Shown in pieces: positions 37,901-45,092 of a stretch of DNA of 53,554 nt. The notes beneath the pieces are model-generated. The model made no database searches. It worked only from the letters and a program-made list of their open reading frames with translations, and was not told the DNA's origin. The position numbers were made by a program, and so were the translations under genes. The stretch is from a virus (taxonomy: Duplodnaviria; Caudoviricetes): positions 1 to 53,554 of the IMG/VR virus record IMGVR_UViG_3300023105_000044; one strand, written 5' to 3'. Numbering within the stretch: position 1 is the first letter of the stretch; every line of letters begins with the position of its first letter.

Positions 37901-38626
37901 CTTTTCGACGCTTTGAACACTAACACCATCGTTATAGTTGAAATCATCTTGTAAGGTTCTTTTTGTTCTAAATGAAATAGGATTTCCTGGAGTATCAATT
38001 TCAAACGTATAAGTTTGTCCTCTATACAATACTAGTGTAGGATTTTGTACTAGTTCATCGGAAGAGAAAATATAACCAACATTATCTAAATTATCAAATA
38101 ATGAAACTTTAATAGTACTTTCTATACCTCTTTCCTGACCTGCAACTCTTATTGTTTGCGGTCCATAAGGTAACCAGTAATATTCTCTAAAGTTTGAAAA
38201 CTTATCCCAATCAATGTGCGGATTCCAAGTGTAATATTCTTGTCTATTTAAAACTTCTTGATTTTCTACATTTCCTCCAAAACTTTTAATTTGGTTTAAG
38301 TAATCATTATAATCTTTTAAAAATGTAACGTTTCCAAGATTGTCTTTAATAAGTGTAACTGGCTCAAGTTGATAGTTTTCTCGTTGAGTAGATACATCAC
38401 CGACATAATTGTCTGATGCACTATAGGCTTTAGAAATTTTCCTTCCGTAATACCCATTAAGTTTTTCAGCAACACCTGGTTGTGTTAGCTGGTCCAATGT
38501 TGCTTGTAAAAATTTACTGTTTACTTCTGTTCTAAAGTATCTTGGGAGAAATTTTTCGCTTTTGCGAGATCCCGAATCTCCGTTAACTGGTAATGGATAC
38601 TCAGACTGATTATTTTCGTAAGCCAT
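22961..38626 (-). CDS. giant (5221 aa) baseplate wedge/structural protein with FG-GAP-like propeller blades and CBM-like repeats
   Basis: Single 15.7-kb ORF directly downstream of the gp6-like gene (gp7 position); FGxS-type blades, GSGY..AP.I.ISGGGGSGA repeats, GDG.T..F repeats. Confidence 0.8.
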   Translation of the reverse strand: MAYENNQSEYPLPVNGDSGSRKSEKFLPRYFRTEVNSKFLQATLDQLTQPGVAEKLNGYYGRKISKAYSASDNYVGDVSTQRENYQLEPVTLIKDNLGNVTFLKDYNDYLNQIKSFGGNVENQEVLNRQEYYTWNPHIDWDKFSNFREYYWLPYGPQTIRVAGQERGIESTIKVSLFDNLDNVGYIFSSDELVQNPTLVLYRGQTYTFEIDTPGNPISFRTKRTLQDDFNYNDGVSVQSVEKGTITFEVDPNAPEALYYIADNNINNSGLIQIKDIEENTEINVEKEILGKTKYKTASGIQFSNGMKIRFVGLVTPEIYSEGDWYVEGVGEKIQLIKETDLEIPGPYAENREIPFDTNEFDRLPFETASGYPGVPDYILINRASKDGNMWSRYNRWFHKDVVEQSALINGQTISADQSQRATRPIIEFQAGTKLFNFGSKNKTNVDLIDTFTKDIFSTIEGSQGYNIDGIDLVDGMRVLFVAEEDIRESGKIYKVKFITQRGIRQISLIAEEDSEPLENETVLSLNGVEYQGRMFYYDGTKWHLTQEKTKINQPPLFDLFDNNGFSYSDTSVYPNSDFTGNKIFSYREGTGTNDSQLGFPLSYRSIENIGDVVFDFDLVNQDITFTNDSLLSETIRTDASSVFKYKSRTEYEVQNGWIKANTESAQRVLRQYVAEENQTRFTVDVYDNSSTVDFLTIRVTINNDLKFENIDFTIDKTGSNAVVEFTQPLSANDIVVLYCRSAVTKNENGVYELPLNAERNPLNSDIVEFTLGEVNDHVTSIVQEAEEFYGVHPGAGNLRDIGNLSSYGRKFVQHTGLVNLSLYHITDKNANIIKAVDFNRREYAKFKRLFLQTALGLGFDGSPKAHVDLIFKEINQNKTTTLPFYFSDMIPIGGSRVTEYDAIPGNIYYALNEVFDNTQPGVKAVTVYLDDIQLIYGRDYTFNADGFCEITAETVAGQKITIYEYETTDGSYVPPTPTKLGLYPKFIPTKFIDNTYLEPTEVIQGHDGSIVKAFGDFRDDLLLELEKRIFNNLKVSYDPSILDIHTFVGGEYRDTNILKDSIDNVLLKDFASWLTNIDDVDYTDFSFYQRDNRFTYNYSSMKSPNGTSLPGYWRSVYKQAYDTDRPHTHPWEMLGLTIKPSWWEEVYGPAPYTSNNLLLWEDLEKGIIAQPGVSKIIKDQYKRPGLINHIPVDTGGNLLSPLDSGYAKNFVAALSKATFVFGDEAPVETAWRKSSEYPFALMKSWILNQPTKIIGLGFDRLRITRNNANQLVYSDTQKRITLEDLKFPNNSTVSDDTNRIYTSGFVNFIANYLSSNVLSNYEDYQTNLKSVTNQIAFKVGGFTDKTKFNLILDSRTPLNQGNVFIPPENYQVTLQTSSPIDVVTYSGVVIEKATSGYIIRGYDIPSPSFRYYKHQENEKDPLVNVGGVSAGFVEWDQNKRYVVDTIVKFEVTYYRCTTAHTSTSIFDQTKFSKLPSLPTEGGRSAIFRTKFDKVFPQELPYGTLLRTTQEVVDFILGYSEYLIDSGFVFNNHNPNLETIENWKLSAKEFMFWTTQAWDSGALITLSPGAQRIEFKSEYAVVDDIFDTFYDYGLVKADGTKLRKEFCNILRTNDNSFVLTTKNTADGIYAVKLPLVQKEHAIVLDNETVFKDVIYDLAPGYRQERIRVLGYRTADWAGGYNIPGFLYDNATVTEWQSWKDYAIGETVKYKEFYYTATTKITGSETFVNSQWYRLDEKPESRLISNIEYKTNQFADFYDLDTDNFDINQQEIAQHLIGYQKRDYLANIINDDVSQYKFYQGMIADKGTRNVLTKLFDALGAADKESLEFYEEWAVRVGQYGAADGFDEIEFLLDEEKFRLSPQPILLTNTIPEDVTDLIYRQTPSDIYVSPVNYTSNPFPVRYTPDTPLKTAGFVREDDVQYTVKTFDDILTLDHTVLTEGDYIWVTFEKDSWNVYRYVDTPCRVTSLISTESSTSVVVVLDRLTSVKVGDIIGLYETGEEINGLFKVTEVALNRITIELPEDVTLSNELTELTGILTTFVSNRVANLEEANSYAENDIGFNELLWVDSQTTDGNGKWAVLKAGNSFNFDEDLINPTNSNYSFGKSIFTNDDNTLVAVGSPEDGDGKVFIYERVQDGSTAHGTLQFKQVIEPTLNFSSGGSKFGESVSISPDGKFLVVGAPNASNVKTAYKEEFNFNTDYKLGAIVQHKGNLFKSRRTVRGRSDNVVFGTFGSASSWRSELHKIYNSYDDVPLIALGDSPLRDVSIDHILVRAPAAAFEGSNVGDSVYFDWNDISYNYNPISEVAITNINLANPVEITTATDHGFSDGDEVIFTDFPNDGFLFRPFTGNDLFDNSDVNVPYDTIRQYGVKGFENKRYYVKVITSQLVELYNNEELTNRVNGNPTSGLFTGSSDPTRFNGYIRKINKIFDDLYSDVINKSFLTTTVHTVRRKITDVFYVVDPINIPSVSQGDRVTTTTGNADVVYVRNELGRLIIYANNKNGIFSETGELFINDQFRIGTYTRPLHDSVDRSSVLGGYWEIALPTPITPKDYQIVDAPLIEPADGLVLVDVKNNSATDLVNGYTESTARLPYKSTIQNALDVPVTIIAATGLPFQKETDLIRVLSHKSQGVGGSVTEIDVLDHRWVVRLPKNVSDKATTAFSDATKPDPYVGVWLNDIPGVDGTLPDLSDRGFGTDPYSIINETRVPLDLWDGYIDYDVFAEIPLVPGDVIREGISGATAEVAYVQRDLDKGRVYVKNVSGTFSFGDRYFPGLAPTSMFLYKQVGVQLSRFGTTESRQLADDDIGKLAVFGQFDENGTPIPREIPPTLTYAITSTSDEIADYEVKFISGIEYHTWVEERKPGLPRNAIEPSTENNDWFEVDNIPINVQRNASSFVNEGAYFVYEYNTETYNYDLVNGYILPNRESNRFLARHVKIIQNNNFYKIIINSNETHTNDTKQEVSADGRGRLYFVLNGTSDYGTFNWSLGRDPNFKGVYSNTSSYYQDQIVIYNEVFYKALTTMQAEEFDSTKWRVLGDHIDYVGYLPNTSGITIIGDDSSISNLDTTAFGDQFDISDNGRVLATIARYETGDKLIIYRLKDMHFEFAAEFDAPADSKNFGDSIAVSDNGNLIVVGAYKSDDNEAFQGKVFVYKNVSGVYQLQQTLHSPNAELVEGFGLNLSFDGNQLIVAGEASDIILDTTFDRYSERNTNSLTEFNSKFVNNPNSNLSIGETTFDNGFTTYVKKLNDSGIVYLYENVNDTLVFGQRLKYPDFRVKDFGKNIVVKNNSILVGLPGSLVQDNLVGKVAVYNKFNESKIWEVFREPVDPADISKFRGSFLYDTSENKMLTRLDILDPIQGKIPGLAEQELSYKTYYDPASYNIGYAHDKEQYVSWGSEHVGKLWWDLSTVKYVDYHQGSITYAQNHWNTFAEGSSVDIYEWVESNILPSAWDNLAGTNRGIALGISGVSKYGDTRYVVKDIYDSISQSFVVKYYFWAKGTTILPQVEGRSKTGFDVQNIILDPQGQQLKFVTILGDNKFVLYNSNGYLKDKDVAINFRYWTIDNQDNNIHTEYQIITDGFETSRPKKVIEDKWFDSLIGSDKFHRPVPDPALSVKQKYGNMNRPRQSWFVDRQEALKQFIERVNRVLAKELATDNLNLAKLFDAEKAPSTLTGLYDTAVDTDEELRFIGTVRAEQAQIQATVVDGVVTKIDVINRGRGYKYPPKIEITGTGEGLELVPVLNNLGMITSVTIVNGGSNYTNDITLTIRPLTALVRADSTIGGAWSLYAWNSTTRTWNIVRQQYYNVSQYWQYKDWYEDGYSELTSVDFLIDDYYQLNIINDSIGDIVKISNVGEGGWILLEKIVNVDTPDYTSGYRTVGRQRGTIEFLPTLYTQEGGDTELRKILETIRDDLFVDELASEYNQLFFASLRYVHTEQNYVDWAFKTSFIKAKHNVGELIEKTTFNNDSLPSFEAYIEEVKPYKTKIREYLSAYDKTDNTQSVITDFELSPFYDPEIGEIVSPQVQINNGVLSGINFDVTVYPQKHWIDNFTYSVQEIIIEDGGSGYVEAPQIVISGGGGSGAKATAYVGSGSIQSIVVTSPGTGYTSVPNITVIGTVADGGSLPKVSVVLGNKKVRSLTLQQKFDRVSPNYEIFVLEETESFVSSGTELVLRLKYPMDLTRANVKVFFNGTEALSSEYTYKNINVFSNDKTHIHAKGTIILEQAALNGVTITVQYNKDISMLTAADRIRLFYNPAEGQQGNDLGQLMDGVDYGGVEVRSFEFGQDLGWDTKEWYTTSWDSYDTNFDDETFYSDGSTTKFSLSKPLEDGVEYNVYINGIRIDDPNWDGSSKTYLADDGVTVLALGNPNAIMRTITTESSNYEVVNGEYIVSIENIEEFEEYYTTSINNPPKDQVIVIRKSTSDGSFLPEGVGFDSIIQGGNLAYGTATGLAAGDITLDGDGFVTPTTSKGPEELIPGQLHDTLDLKVYDRAADGGSLISTRNYTATSGQTTFDLSILPHNIDSLFVKVNGVLMSSEEYEINYSDKVVTLTTALSQGDKVNISSMAGNGERIIDIDSFTGDGTTQIFVSSALYNPNQQYYITVDGKKAQVTLFEADETYGDLQGYTAMQFVVAPEENAFIYYSLFDTNEDATIQRYSEVLVDRFIGDGSTVEFELTPEPSTRLPLSHNIIVKVDNKILYPGYTQHWYISTSREYVLDRSQYATGSLSPDSVIVYLNGEKLALLQDYRWNYSDSSVTLFDNVGEVGDDLEIVIPESGEYDFNRNTLITVPNAIGTFEPGETVEIGTGDSTVYTATVKSYSTGTGNLVLVGTVSGLVQAIDLDDTIPVKGLTSQASADNISAIEFIEAGDSLILKDTPAENATIDVYKFNKHDIQDIQMETKVNVTRSTLTVGTDDYYEFNRLTRGLVQLRVPALDIAYVWVLLNGEMLTSSVDYRLVKMDNYVQIDRPVKENDVIQVIHFAADKATEKFGFRMFKDMLNRTHYKRLNKNNVYILREPLHITDEKITLTDATGITQPSTELNIPGVLFVEGERIEYFKVEDNVLSQLRRGTLGTGPKDVYEVGTELMDQSTSETIPYRDEMVSLIALDDESTQLTLDWIPTKGVDEFEIFVAGRRLRKNSISAYQFQEIDSEGNLITNIIDADSPEGDITLEPEFTLSIENNTAIVTLAEKPIEATRVLVVRKLGKTWQLPGEQLRYADNAIADFIRGATTDLPK

Positions 38627-41600
38627 TAGTAAACGTTTCCTCCGCTTATGCTAGATGTATCTGTATATATTGCTCCAGATGCTTTAAGTTTAGTAGCAGT
38701 AAGCGAAGAAACTACTTCAATGTTATCAACAGTTGCACTACTAATAAACACTTCATCTGCTTCTGACTTAACTTCGAACAAACTACCAAACGTTAAACTA
38801 TCTTGTACAGGAACAATAACAAAGGCTGCTAAGTCTGGCGCTACTTGCGTCATGACATAAGCACTTAATTCTGTAAAGTAAAATGTATCGCCAAATTCCC
38901 AGTTTTCTATAGCAAAAAATTCATTAATTGCTGTAATAACTGCTGCTTTGATTTCGTTGTCGTTTACAACTTTATCAGGATTTTTAACTATTTTAAACAT
39001 TGCTTTTAGATCTTCTGATGCGCTTGTTCCAAACAGCACTTTATACTTAACAGGATGATAGATAACTTCATCACTAATTGACTTTATCTTATTAATTTCT
39101 TCTCCAAAATTAACATAAAGCTCGTCGCTAGTAGGAGGTACTGGCTTGCTAGAAATAGCACCCGAAACATACTGTCTAAATTTTGTATCATACTGCTTAG
39201 TTAAAACATAAGTGTCAATTATGTTTGAGCTGCTTGGATCTATTCTGTTACTTTCGTCAGCAGCATGTTCGTATTGGAATATGATTTTATCTCTTCCGTT
39301 ATAAGCTCTATAATTTACAACAATTTCTAATACTTCTGTAGTTGTATTATATACTTTAAAGATATTAGTATCAATTATATAAAAAACAGAATTTGCAGGA
39401 TAACTATCAATACCGTTAGTTGTTATATCAGTTTCTGTATTAACAACTTGTATATTTTCATCAAATGCATCAACATATCTATAATCTTCTACATTATCTG
39501 TTGTAGTATATTTCTTTTGGAATATAAATTTATCAGAAACAGAGTTTGTAATAAAATTATCAAATATTTCTGGATCATCAACTACACCATCGTCGTCACT
39601 ATCAAAAAATCCTATTTCAATTTTCTTACTGTCAACGTAACCTTCGTTATCTCTGTATTCATTTACAATTTCCCAATCAAACGGTGTAGTAAATGGTGTT
39701 AATCCGTATCCGTCATTAACTGGAACAGTATTAATAGACATTAAAGAAATTTTATCTTTAACAATTTCATTTGTTAAAGGATCAAAAACTTTGTCTGAGC
39801 TATCGTAATAGAATCTAATCTCTCTATCGCTTTCAAAAACATAACGCTTACCTCTATATGTAATTGTGTATGTTTCTCCATCTGTTTGGAATAACAAAAT
39901 CCAACTTGAATCTAAATTTTGATTTGTTTGATCTCCACTTTTACCAGTTGAGAATGTAGATAAAATATCAAGATCATTTTCAAGTATTACACGCCAAGTT
40001 GAAGATCTAAAATCAAATCTTAATCCAAATGTTTTGTATGTAAAGACTTGATCAATAATTTGTGTTTTTATTTGTGTTTCTATTTCAGTTGTAAACACAG
40101 GTTTAATTTCTTGTAGGATTGGTGCAGAGTTTATATCTCCATTAATTCCGCCAGGAATAATATCATTAAGTGCAATAGCTCCTTCACCAGTATTTGTATT
40201 ATCAATACCTGGTCCGTTTATAGAAATTACTTTAGTCCATTTATATGTTTTTGCTCCTGGAATATTAGGTTGTCCAGGTCTTATTGATCCGTCTGGCATA
40301 AAGAAATAACCAGCAGGTGTTACAAATTTTAACATAGACCCTGGTTCTAAATATTGTAGCGTAGAGCCAGTAAAAGATGCAACTCTTAGTTTTGTTCCGT
40401 CAGCATCGGTTAAATAACCTGTTGTAAGGTTTTGTGCTTTTGTTACTTGATTCCATCTAGCACCTAGATCACGCACTATGATTTTAGAAAATTGTGCATA
40501 GTAAAAGTTTTTAATTTTATAATTTGCTAGTATAGGTTCAATTTGATTCTTAATAATACCTTCAATGTCTGTTCTAGTATTAAAAGTAAATTGTTCTTTG
40601 CTTGTTAAATTTTGTGTATAGATAACACCGTCTTTTCCGTAAAGGTTTGTTTTAGAATATTTTCCTGTTGCATCAAGCAAATCATAGTATCTTGAAATAC
40701 CACTAGATGTTCTGTTTACACTTTTAACTTTAATAATTTCTTGACTAATATTTAAAGGAGCAACATTGTAGTCTTCGCCTGTAACCATTCTATTTTGTGT
40801 ATAATAAGTTGCAGGAGCATTTGCTTTAATGCTTGCACTTGTTTCTGAAGTGCTTGCATTATCTATAGCATATTTTAATTCTAACCCTATTGTTAGTTTT
40901 TCGCTTGTACCTTGTTTGCTTTGATAAGGAATAGTTATTGAAATATTAATTAACTCTCCAGGACTAACAGTAAAACTTCTATTGTCGCTTACTCTATAGT
41001 AAACTTTAAAACTACCTTTAGGTAAGTTACCAAAAGTACCATCAGAGAAAATTAAACTAATTCTATCTTCTACTCTTGTTAAAACAGAATACACATTTCT
41101 AATATTTTTGTTTAAACTGTTGTAAACAATGTTGTTACCTTCTATAGCATCAACTTTTGTCCATAGTTCTTGCTCACTACCTATAGTGTCAAGTTTGTAT
41201 AGCCAAGTATCTGTATTATTAACATTAATTGCATCAATAGCAACTACTTGGTTTGTTGAAGGATTAGTAACTGTAAATTGCCCTTGATCTAAACGACCCT
41301 GTCTAAAGTGTGCAAAAAATCCTGTATTATTAGAACCTGCTCCTTGTCCATCATCTCTATAAAGGAATGCAAAGTTATTTCCCGGAAGAGGTGCTTCTTC
41401 TATAATAGCACCATTCTCAATGTTAGTACTTACAATTTCAAATTGTGTTGATTTACCATCAACATTTTTAGTAAAACCATAAACAGGAATATCGCTGTTT
41501 GTACCGTTTACTCTATACTGTTCAACACTAACTCCGTTAACTGTACTGCTTTTTACAGGACGCCCATAAACAGAGTTTGCTGGAAGTGCAGCATTAAGTA

Positions 41601-42075
41601 CTTTAATAAATTGCTCGTACCAATCTTGGTTTGAAATATCATTCCATAGTATAGTTTGTCCTGATAAGTTTGTACCATTTGAATCGTAAATTTCTTCGGT
41701 AGTTCTTACAGACTCAAACTTTAACAAGCCATTTGCTGATTGGTTACGCTTAGGATTATAGGAAAGCAATCTTGCTAAACGTAGTACACTTTCACGGCGT
41801 TCTGCTAGTTCAAGGAAGTTCTCACGAGCGTTTAAATCAATACGATAAGACAAGTTTTGACCAAGGAAAGCAATAAGGTCAATAAGTGCTAGATATTCGC
41901 TTGATTCGATATAATCGTTGAAGTCCTCCGGATAGTTTTGACGGAGGTAATTAATCATTGTTCTACGCAAATTATCAAAGTCGTAACTTTGGAAATCTGC
42001 ATTACGGAAAGACTGATAAACTCGTTTCCAATCTTCCGCTAGTAATAGTCTATTTTGTCTATCTGTCGTGGACAT
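38626..42075 (-). CDS. baseplate wedge subunit, T4 gp6-like
   Basis: DFDNLRRTMINYL...FNDYIESSE...ENFLELAERRESVLRLARLLSYNPKR; FSDGTFGNLP; TQNRMVTGEDY. Confidence 0.85.
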   Translation of the reverse strand: MSTTDRQNRLLLAEDWKRVYQSFRNADFQSYDFDNLRRTMINYLRQNYPEDFNDYIESSEYLALIDLIAFLGQNLSYRIDLNARENFLELAERRESVLRLARLLSYNPKRNQSANGLLKFESVRTTEEIYDSNGTNLSGQTILWNDISNQDWYEQFIKVLNAALPANSVYGRPVKSSTVNGVSVEQYRVNGTNSDIPVYGFTKNVDGKSTQFEIVSTNIENGAIIEEAPLPGNNFAFLYRDDGQGAGSNNTGFFAHFRQGRLDQGQFTVTNPSTNQVVAIDAINVNNTDTWLYKLDTIGSEQELWTKVDAIEGNNIVYNSLNKNIRNVYSVLTRVEDRISLIFSDGTFGNLPKGSFKVYYRVSDNRSFTVSPGELINISITIPYQSKQGTSEKLTIGLELKYAIDNASTSETSASIKANAPATYYTQNRMVTGEDYNVAPLNISQEIIKVKSVNRTSSGISRYYDLLDATGKYSKTNLYGKDGVIYTQNLTSKEQFTFNTRTDIEGIIKNQIEPILANYKIKNFYYAQFSKIIVRDLGARWNQVTKAQNLTTGYLTDADGTKLRVASFTGSTLQYLEPGSMLKFVTPAGYFFMPDGSIRPGQPNIPGAKTYKWTKVISINGPGIDNTNTGEGAIALNDIIPGGINGDINSAPILQEIKPVFTTEIETQIKTQIIDQVFTYKTFGLRFDFRSSTWRVILENDLDILSTFSTGKSGDQTNQNLDSSWILLFQTDGETYTITYRGKRYVFESDREIRFYYDSSDKVFDPLTNEIVKDKISLMSINTVPVNDGYGLTPFTTPFDWEIVNEYRDNEGYVDSKKIEIGFFDSDDDGVVDDPEIFDNFITNSVSDKFIFQKKYTTTDNVEDYRYVDAFDENIQVVNTETDITTNGIDSYPANSVFYIIDTNIFKVYNTTTEVLEIVVNYRAYNGRDKIIFQYEHAADESNRIDPSSSNIIDTYVLTKQYDTKFRQYVSGAISSKPVPPTSDELYVNFGEEINKIKSISDEVIYHPVKYKVLFGTSASEDLKAMFKIVKNPDKVVNDNEIKAAVITAINEFFAIENWEFGDTFYFTELSAYVMTQVAPDLAAFVIVPVQDSLTFGSLFEVKSEADEVFISSATVDNIEVVSSLTATKLKASGAIYTDTSSISGGNVY

Positions 42076-42097
42076 ATTTGCTTTCCTTTATTATACA

Positions 42098-42128
42098 GTA
42101 TTTATTATGATTCGAAAAGTGCGTACTT
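42098..42128 (-). promoter_or_regulatory. late promoter TAAATAC with upstream AAGTACGCA element
   Basis: Minus strand: AAGTACGCA-N15-TAAATAC, then an AAGGA RBS. Confidence 0.6.
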
Positions 42129-42134
42129 AATTCT

Positions 42135-42581
42135 CTAAGATAAAATAGCATTATCTTCGTCAAATTTTAAGCGCATACTCTCAGAAATATTGTAAGGCAA
42201 ATATGTTAGCGTACACTCTATCATTATACCACTTTCATAGGTGTCTACAGTGACTTGCTCAACTTGTACCCTAGGATCATGATTGATAATTTTTGTAACA
42301 TTATCAGCAATAGCATCTCTTAGAGCTTCTGTCATTGGTTCAAATAATACGTCCCAAATGATAGTTCCAAATCCAGGATTTTCTAACTTTTCTCCTACAC
42401 GAATATGAAAATGATTTATAATATCCTGTTTTATAAGAGCAATGTCATACAAGTTAAAACTGCTATTCTCTTTATTAACTGTTGAGATGCCTTTGTACGC
42501 TCTACTTTGTGTTGGTAGAGACGGTCTTTTGTTAGAGCTAACTGTTACCTCTTTATATAAACGTTTTTCTTGTGTACTCAT
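42135..42581 (-). CDS. baseplate wedge protein, T4 gp25-like
   Basis: LIKQDIINHFHIRVGEKLENPGFGTIIWDVLFEP...DPRV signature. Confidence 0.88.
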   Translation of the reverse strand: MSTQEKRLYKEVTVSSNKRPSLPTQSRAYKGISTVNKENSSFNLYDIALIKQDIINHFHIRVGEKLENPGFGTIIWDVLFEPMTEALRDAIADNVTKIINHDPRVQVEQVTVDTYESGIMIECTLTYLPYNISESMRLKFDEDNAILS

Positions 42582-42585
42582 AACA

Positions 42586-42592
42586 GTATTTA
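42586..42592 (-). promoter_or_regulatory. late promoter immediately before the start codon (leaderless candidate)
   Basis: Minus strand GGGTAAATACTGTTATG; no SD between promoter and ATG. Confidence 0.55.
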
Positions 42593-42602
42593 CCCTATTA
42601 TA

Positions 42603-45092
42603 TTATGGCAGTGGAGGAAGTTCTTCTGCTGGTTCAACTCTATTACCTGCTTCAATATTTGTGCCTGCAGGTTCTGTTGTAATACTTGCAAGCGGTACTA
42701 GCTCACCAGTAATAATCTTACTTGCAAACCCTCTACCTAATCCAATACGATTTCGTGTCTCTTCGCCGCCGCGGTTAGCATAACCGACTGCTCTACGGAA
42801 TTCTTCACCAAGTGCTCCAAAGTCATAACTTCCCCAACTAATAGATTTTGATTTAATATATGCACAAGCAATTTTTACTGCAATTTCCGGATCATTAACT
42901 AAATCAGGATTTTCAACAATTTGTGGAGTTCCAGCTAGTCCACCATAACGTCTATAGTTGTCTTTGAATGTTAACTGAATCAACCCTCTACCACGATATT
43001 TGTAACCTTCATTTTGAGCGTTGCCATAACGTCCGCCATACAATGTATTACCAATTGCAGCAGGCCCTGCTGCAACAAGTTCTTGAGCAAACGCATCACT
43101 TCTAACACGACTAGGAAATACTCTACGTAATGTACTTGCTCTATAATTCATGTTTTCGCTTCTTGGACGGAAACCACATTCTGCTTGAATCTGTGCCATT
43201 GCCATACCAAGTGCTTCTGCATTTCCTGGTGTTTCACCAGGGGCAAGTCTGTTAGGATCTGCTGTTTTAAGAGCATTTGCAGGGTCTAATCCAATTGCTT
43301 TTATAAGTTCACTTAAAAAGTGTTTTTGTAAATCGTTAACCGGAACTGGATTTGCTGGTTGTGCTCCGCTAGTTCCTACTTCTCCAGGTACAACAACTTG
43401 TGCATTTGATCCGGCAGTAGTGTTGTTTGCTGCTGCAACTGTTGCTCCTGGCGCTGCGCCAGATCCTGCTAAGTCAGCATTAGTATTAAGTTGCGGTGTT
43501 GATTCTCTTAATGCAGGGCTTGGAGAACTGCTTGCTTGTGTGAACTGAGGAGTAAATGTTCCAGGGTCTAAATGTTCATGTCCACGCCACGGTTCATGTA
43601 CCGGTACACGTACCGGCCAAAGCGCAGGTGCTGCGACAGCGGCTTGCGCTGCTCCGCTCGCAAGAGCTGCGGTAGTAGCCGCAGGACCGTTTAGATGAAT
43701 GTTTGTGCCTGTTTGAATAATGTCTCCACTAGATGCAATTTCTGTATTTTCACCTGAAGTGAAATAATTGTGTCCGCCAGTTTGTAAATCGTACTGTCCT
43801 TGAAACTCTGTACGCTGTCCTGTAGTGCTCATATCAAACGTTGTTTGATTGGTTATATAGTGTGCGCCAACTACTACTAAATGTCCTTCTGCACCAACAT
43901 ATACTTTTTGTGTTGCTCCAACATATACATCATGATTTGAAGCAACATCAAGTTTATGATCATTGCCAACTTTAACATCACTGTTGTTTGAAACAGTAAG
44001 TTTATAATCTCTACCAGCATTAAAGTTAATATCTCTTGACGCAGTCATATTGATATCTCTATCAGCACTAACATTTAAATCATTTTGTGTTCTTATGCTA
44101 ACACTATCCTGTGCATAGATATCAATTTTACCATTAGAAGTTAATTCTATCCAAGTACTGCCTTGGGCATTAGCAATGTAAATTAAATCCTCTGAATTGT
44201 GCATAAGAATCTGATGTCCTGTGCGAGTTCTAAATCGCATCATTTCACCTTTTGGTAGCGTTTTTATTCCTGTAGTTGCTTCAGGATTAGCAACAAGATC
44301 TGTATACTCCATTTTATCTTGGCTAGCATAACTGTTTCTTATATAACGGTCATCACCGTCGTCCATTACAATACTGCTTCCACCGAGTACACTTGAAAAC
44401 GCTTGTGTTCTTGCTTCAACTGGTCCTATAGGACCTTTAGGTGCACCTTCTCGTTTATCAGTTGGCCCGGGGGTGCTTACCCCAAAAACCCTTGACGGTA
44501 ATTCTCTTCTACTAGAGCTGTTGGCAGGACCTCTAACATCGTCATCTACAAGTCCTTGACGTCCAAGTATAGTGTAAAAATCGTTATTAAGAGGTTTAAT
44601 ATATTTTGTAGGATCGTTACCTGCAGAAGATGCTATACGTTTATTAAACTCTGCAACTGGTAATTTTCTATTAGGATCAAAAGTATTGTACGGAGATCCT
44701 GACCAAGGATCTGGGGTCATCCAATTCATATAAGCATCATATACACAACCAATCCAATAACCCCTAGCAATGTTTCCTTCTGCAAATATAACAAGAACTC
44801 GTGTTCCAACTGTAGGTGGTACCATCCAAAACCCATAAGATTTCTGTGATCCTTGAAAATTATTTGTAGTAGTATTTCCTGATATAGGTGTTGTTCCTGC
44901 AAACGGAGACAGATACTTTACTGTAACTATTTGCCCTGAACGTTCTGGATCGTTACCAGACGTGCTGTTTCTTAATAATTCAACTTGAAGTGTACCCATT
45001 CTTTTTGGGTCAAGATGAGATACAACAATCGCTTCGTACGGACCTGGATTCGAAACTACTAATCGTCGTGAAGGTCGTGTATTTGCTGGCAT
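42603..45092 (-). CDS. baseplate hub/spike protein (gp5/VgrG-like) with C-terminal GH19 peptidoglycan hydrolase domain
   Basis: N-terminal OB fold (DPKRMGTLQV...YGFWMVPPTVGTRVLVIF..G), RTRTGHQILM, beta-helix repeats ending IHLNG; C-terminal AQIQAECG...ENMNY...YKYRGRGLIQLTFKDNY. Confidence 0.82.
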   Translation of the reverse strand: MPANTRPSRRLVVSNPGPYEAIVVSHLDPKRMGTLQVELLRNSTSGNDPERSGQIVTVKYLSPFAGTTPISGNTTTNNFQGSQKSYGFWMVPPTVGTRVLVIFAEGNIARGYWIGCVYDAYMNWMTPDPWSGSPYNTFDPNRKLPVAEFNKRIASSAGNDPTKYIKPLNNDFYTILGRQGLVDDDVRGPANSSSRRELPSRVFGVSTPGPTDKREGAPKGPIGPVEARTQAFSSVLGGSSIVMDDGDDRYIRNSYASQDKMEYTDLVANPEATTGIKTLPKGEMMRFRTRTGHQILMHNSEDLIYIANAQGSTWIELTSNGKIDIYAQDSVSIRTQNDLNVSADRDINMTASRDINFNAGRDYKLTVSNNSDVKVGNDHKLDVASNHDVYVGATQKVYVGAEGHLVVVGAHYITNQTTFDMSTTGQRTEFQGQYDLQTGGHNYFTSGENTEIASSGDIIQTGTNIHLNGPAATTAALASGAAQAAVAAPALWPVRVPVHEPWRGHEHLDPGTFTPQFTQASSSPSPALRESTPQLNTNADLAGSGAAPGATVAAANNTTAGSNAQVVVPGEVGTSGAQPANPVPVNDLQKHFLSELIKAIGLDPANALKTADPNRLAPGETPGNAEALGMAMAQIQAECGFRPRSENMNYRASTLRRVFPSRVRSDAFAQELVAAGPAAIGNTLYGGRYGNAQNEGYKYRGRGLIQLTFKDNYRRYGGLAGTPQIVENPDLVNDPEIAVKIACAYIKSKSISWGSYDFGALGEEFRRAVGYANRGGEETRNRIGLGRGFASKIITGELVPLASITTEPAGTNIEAGNRVEPAEELPPLP

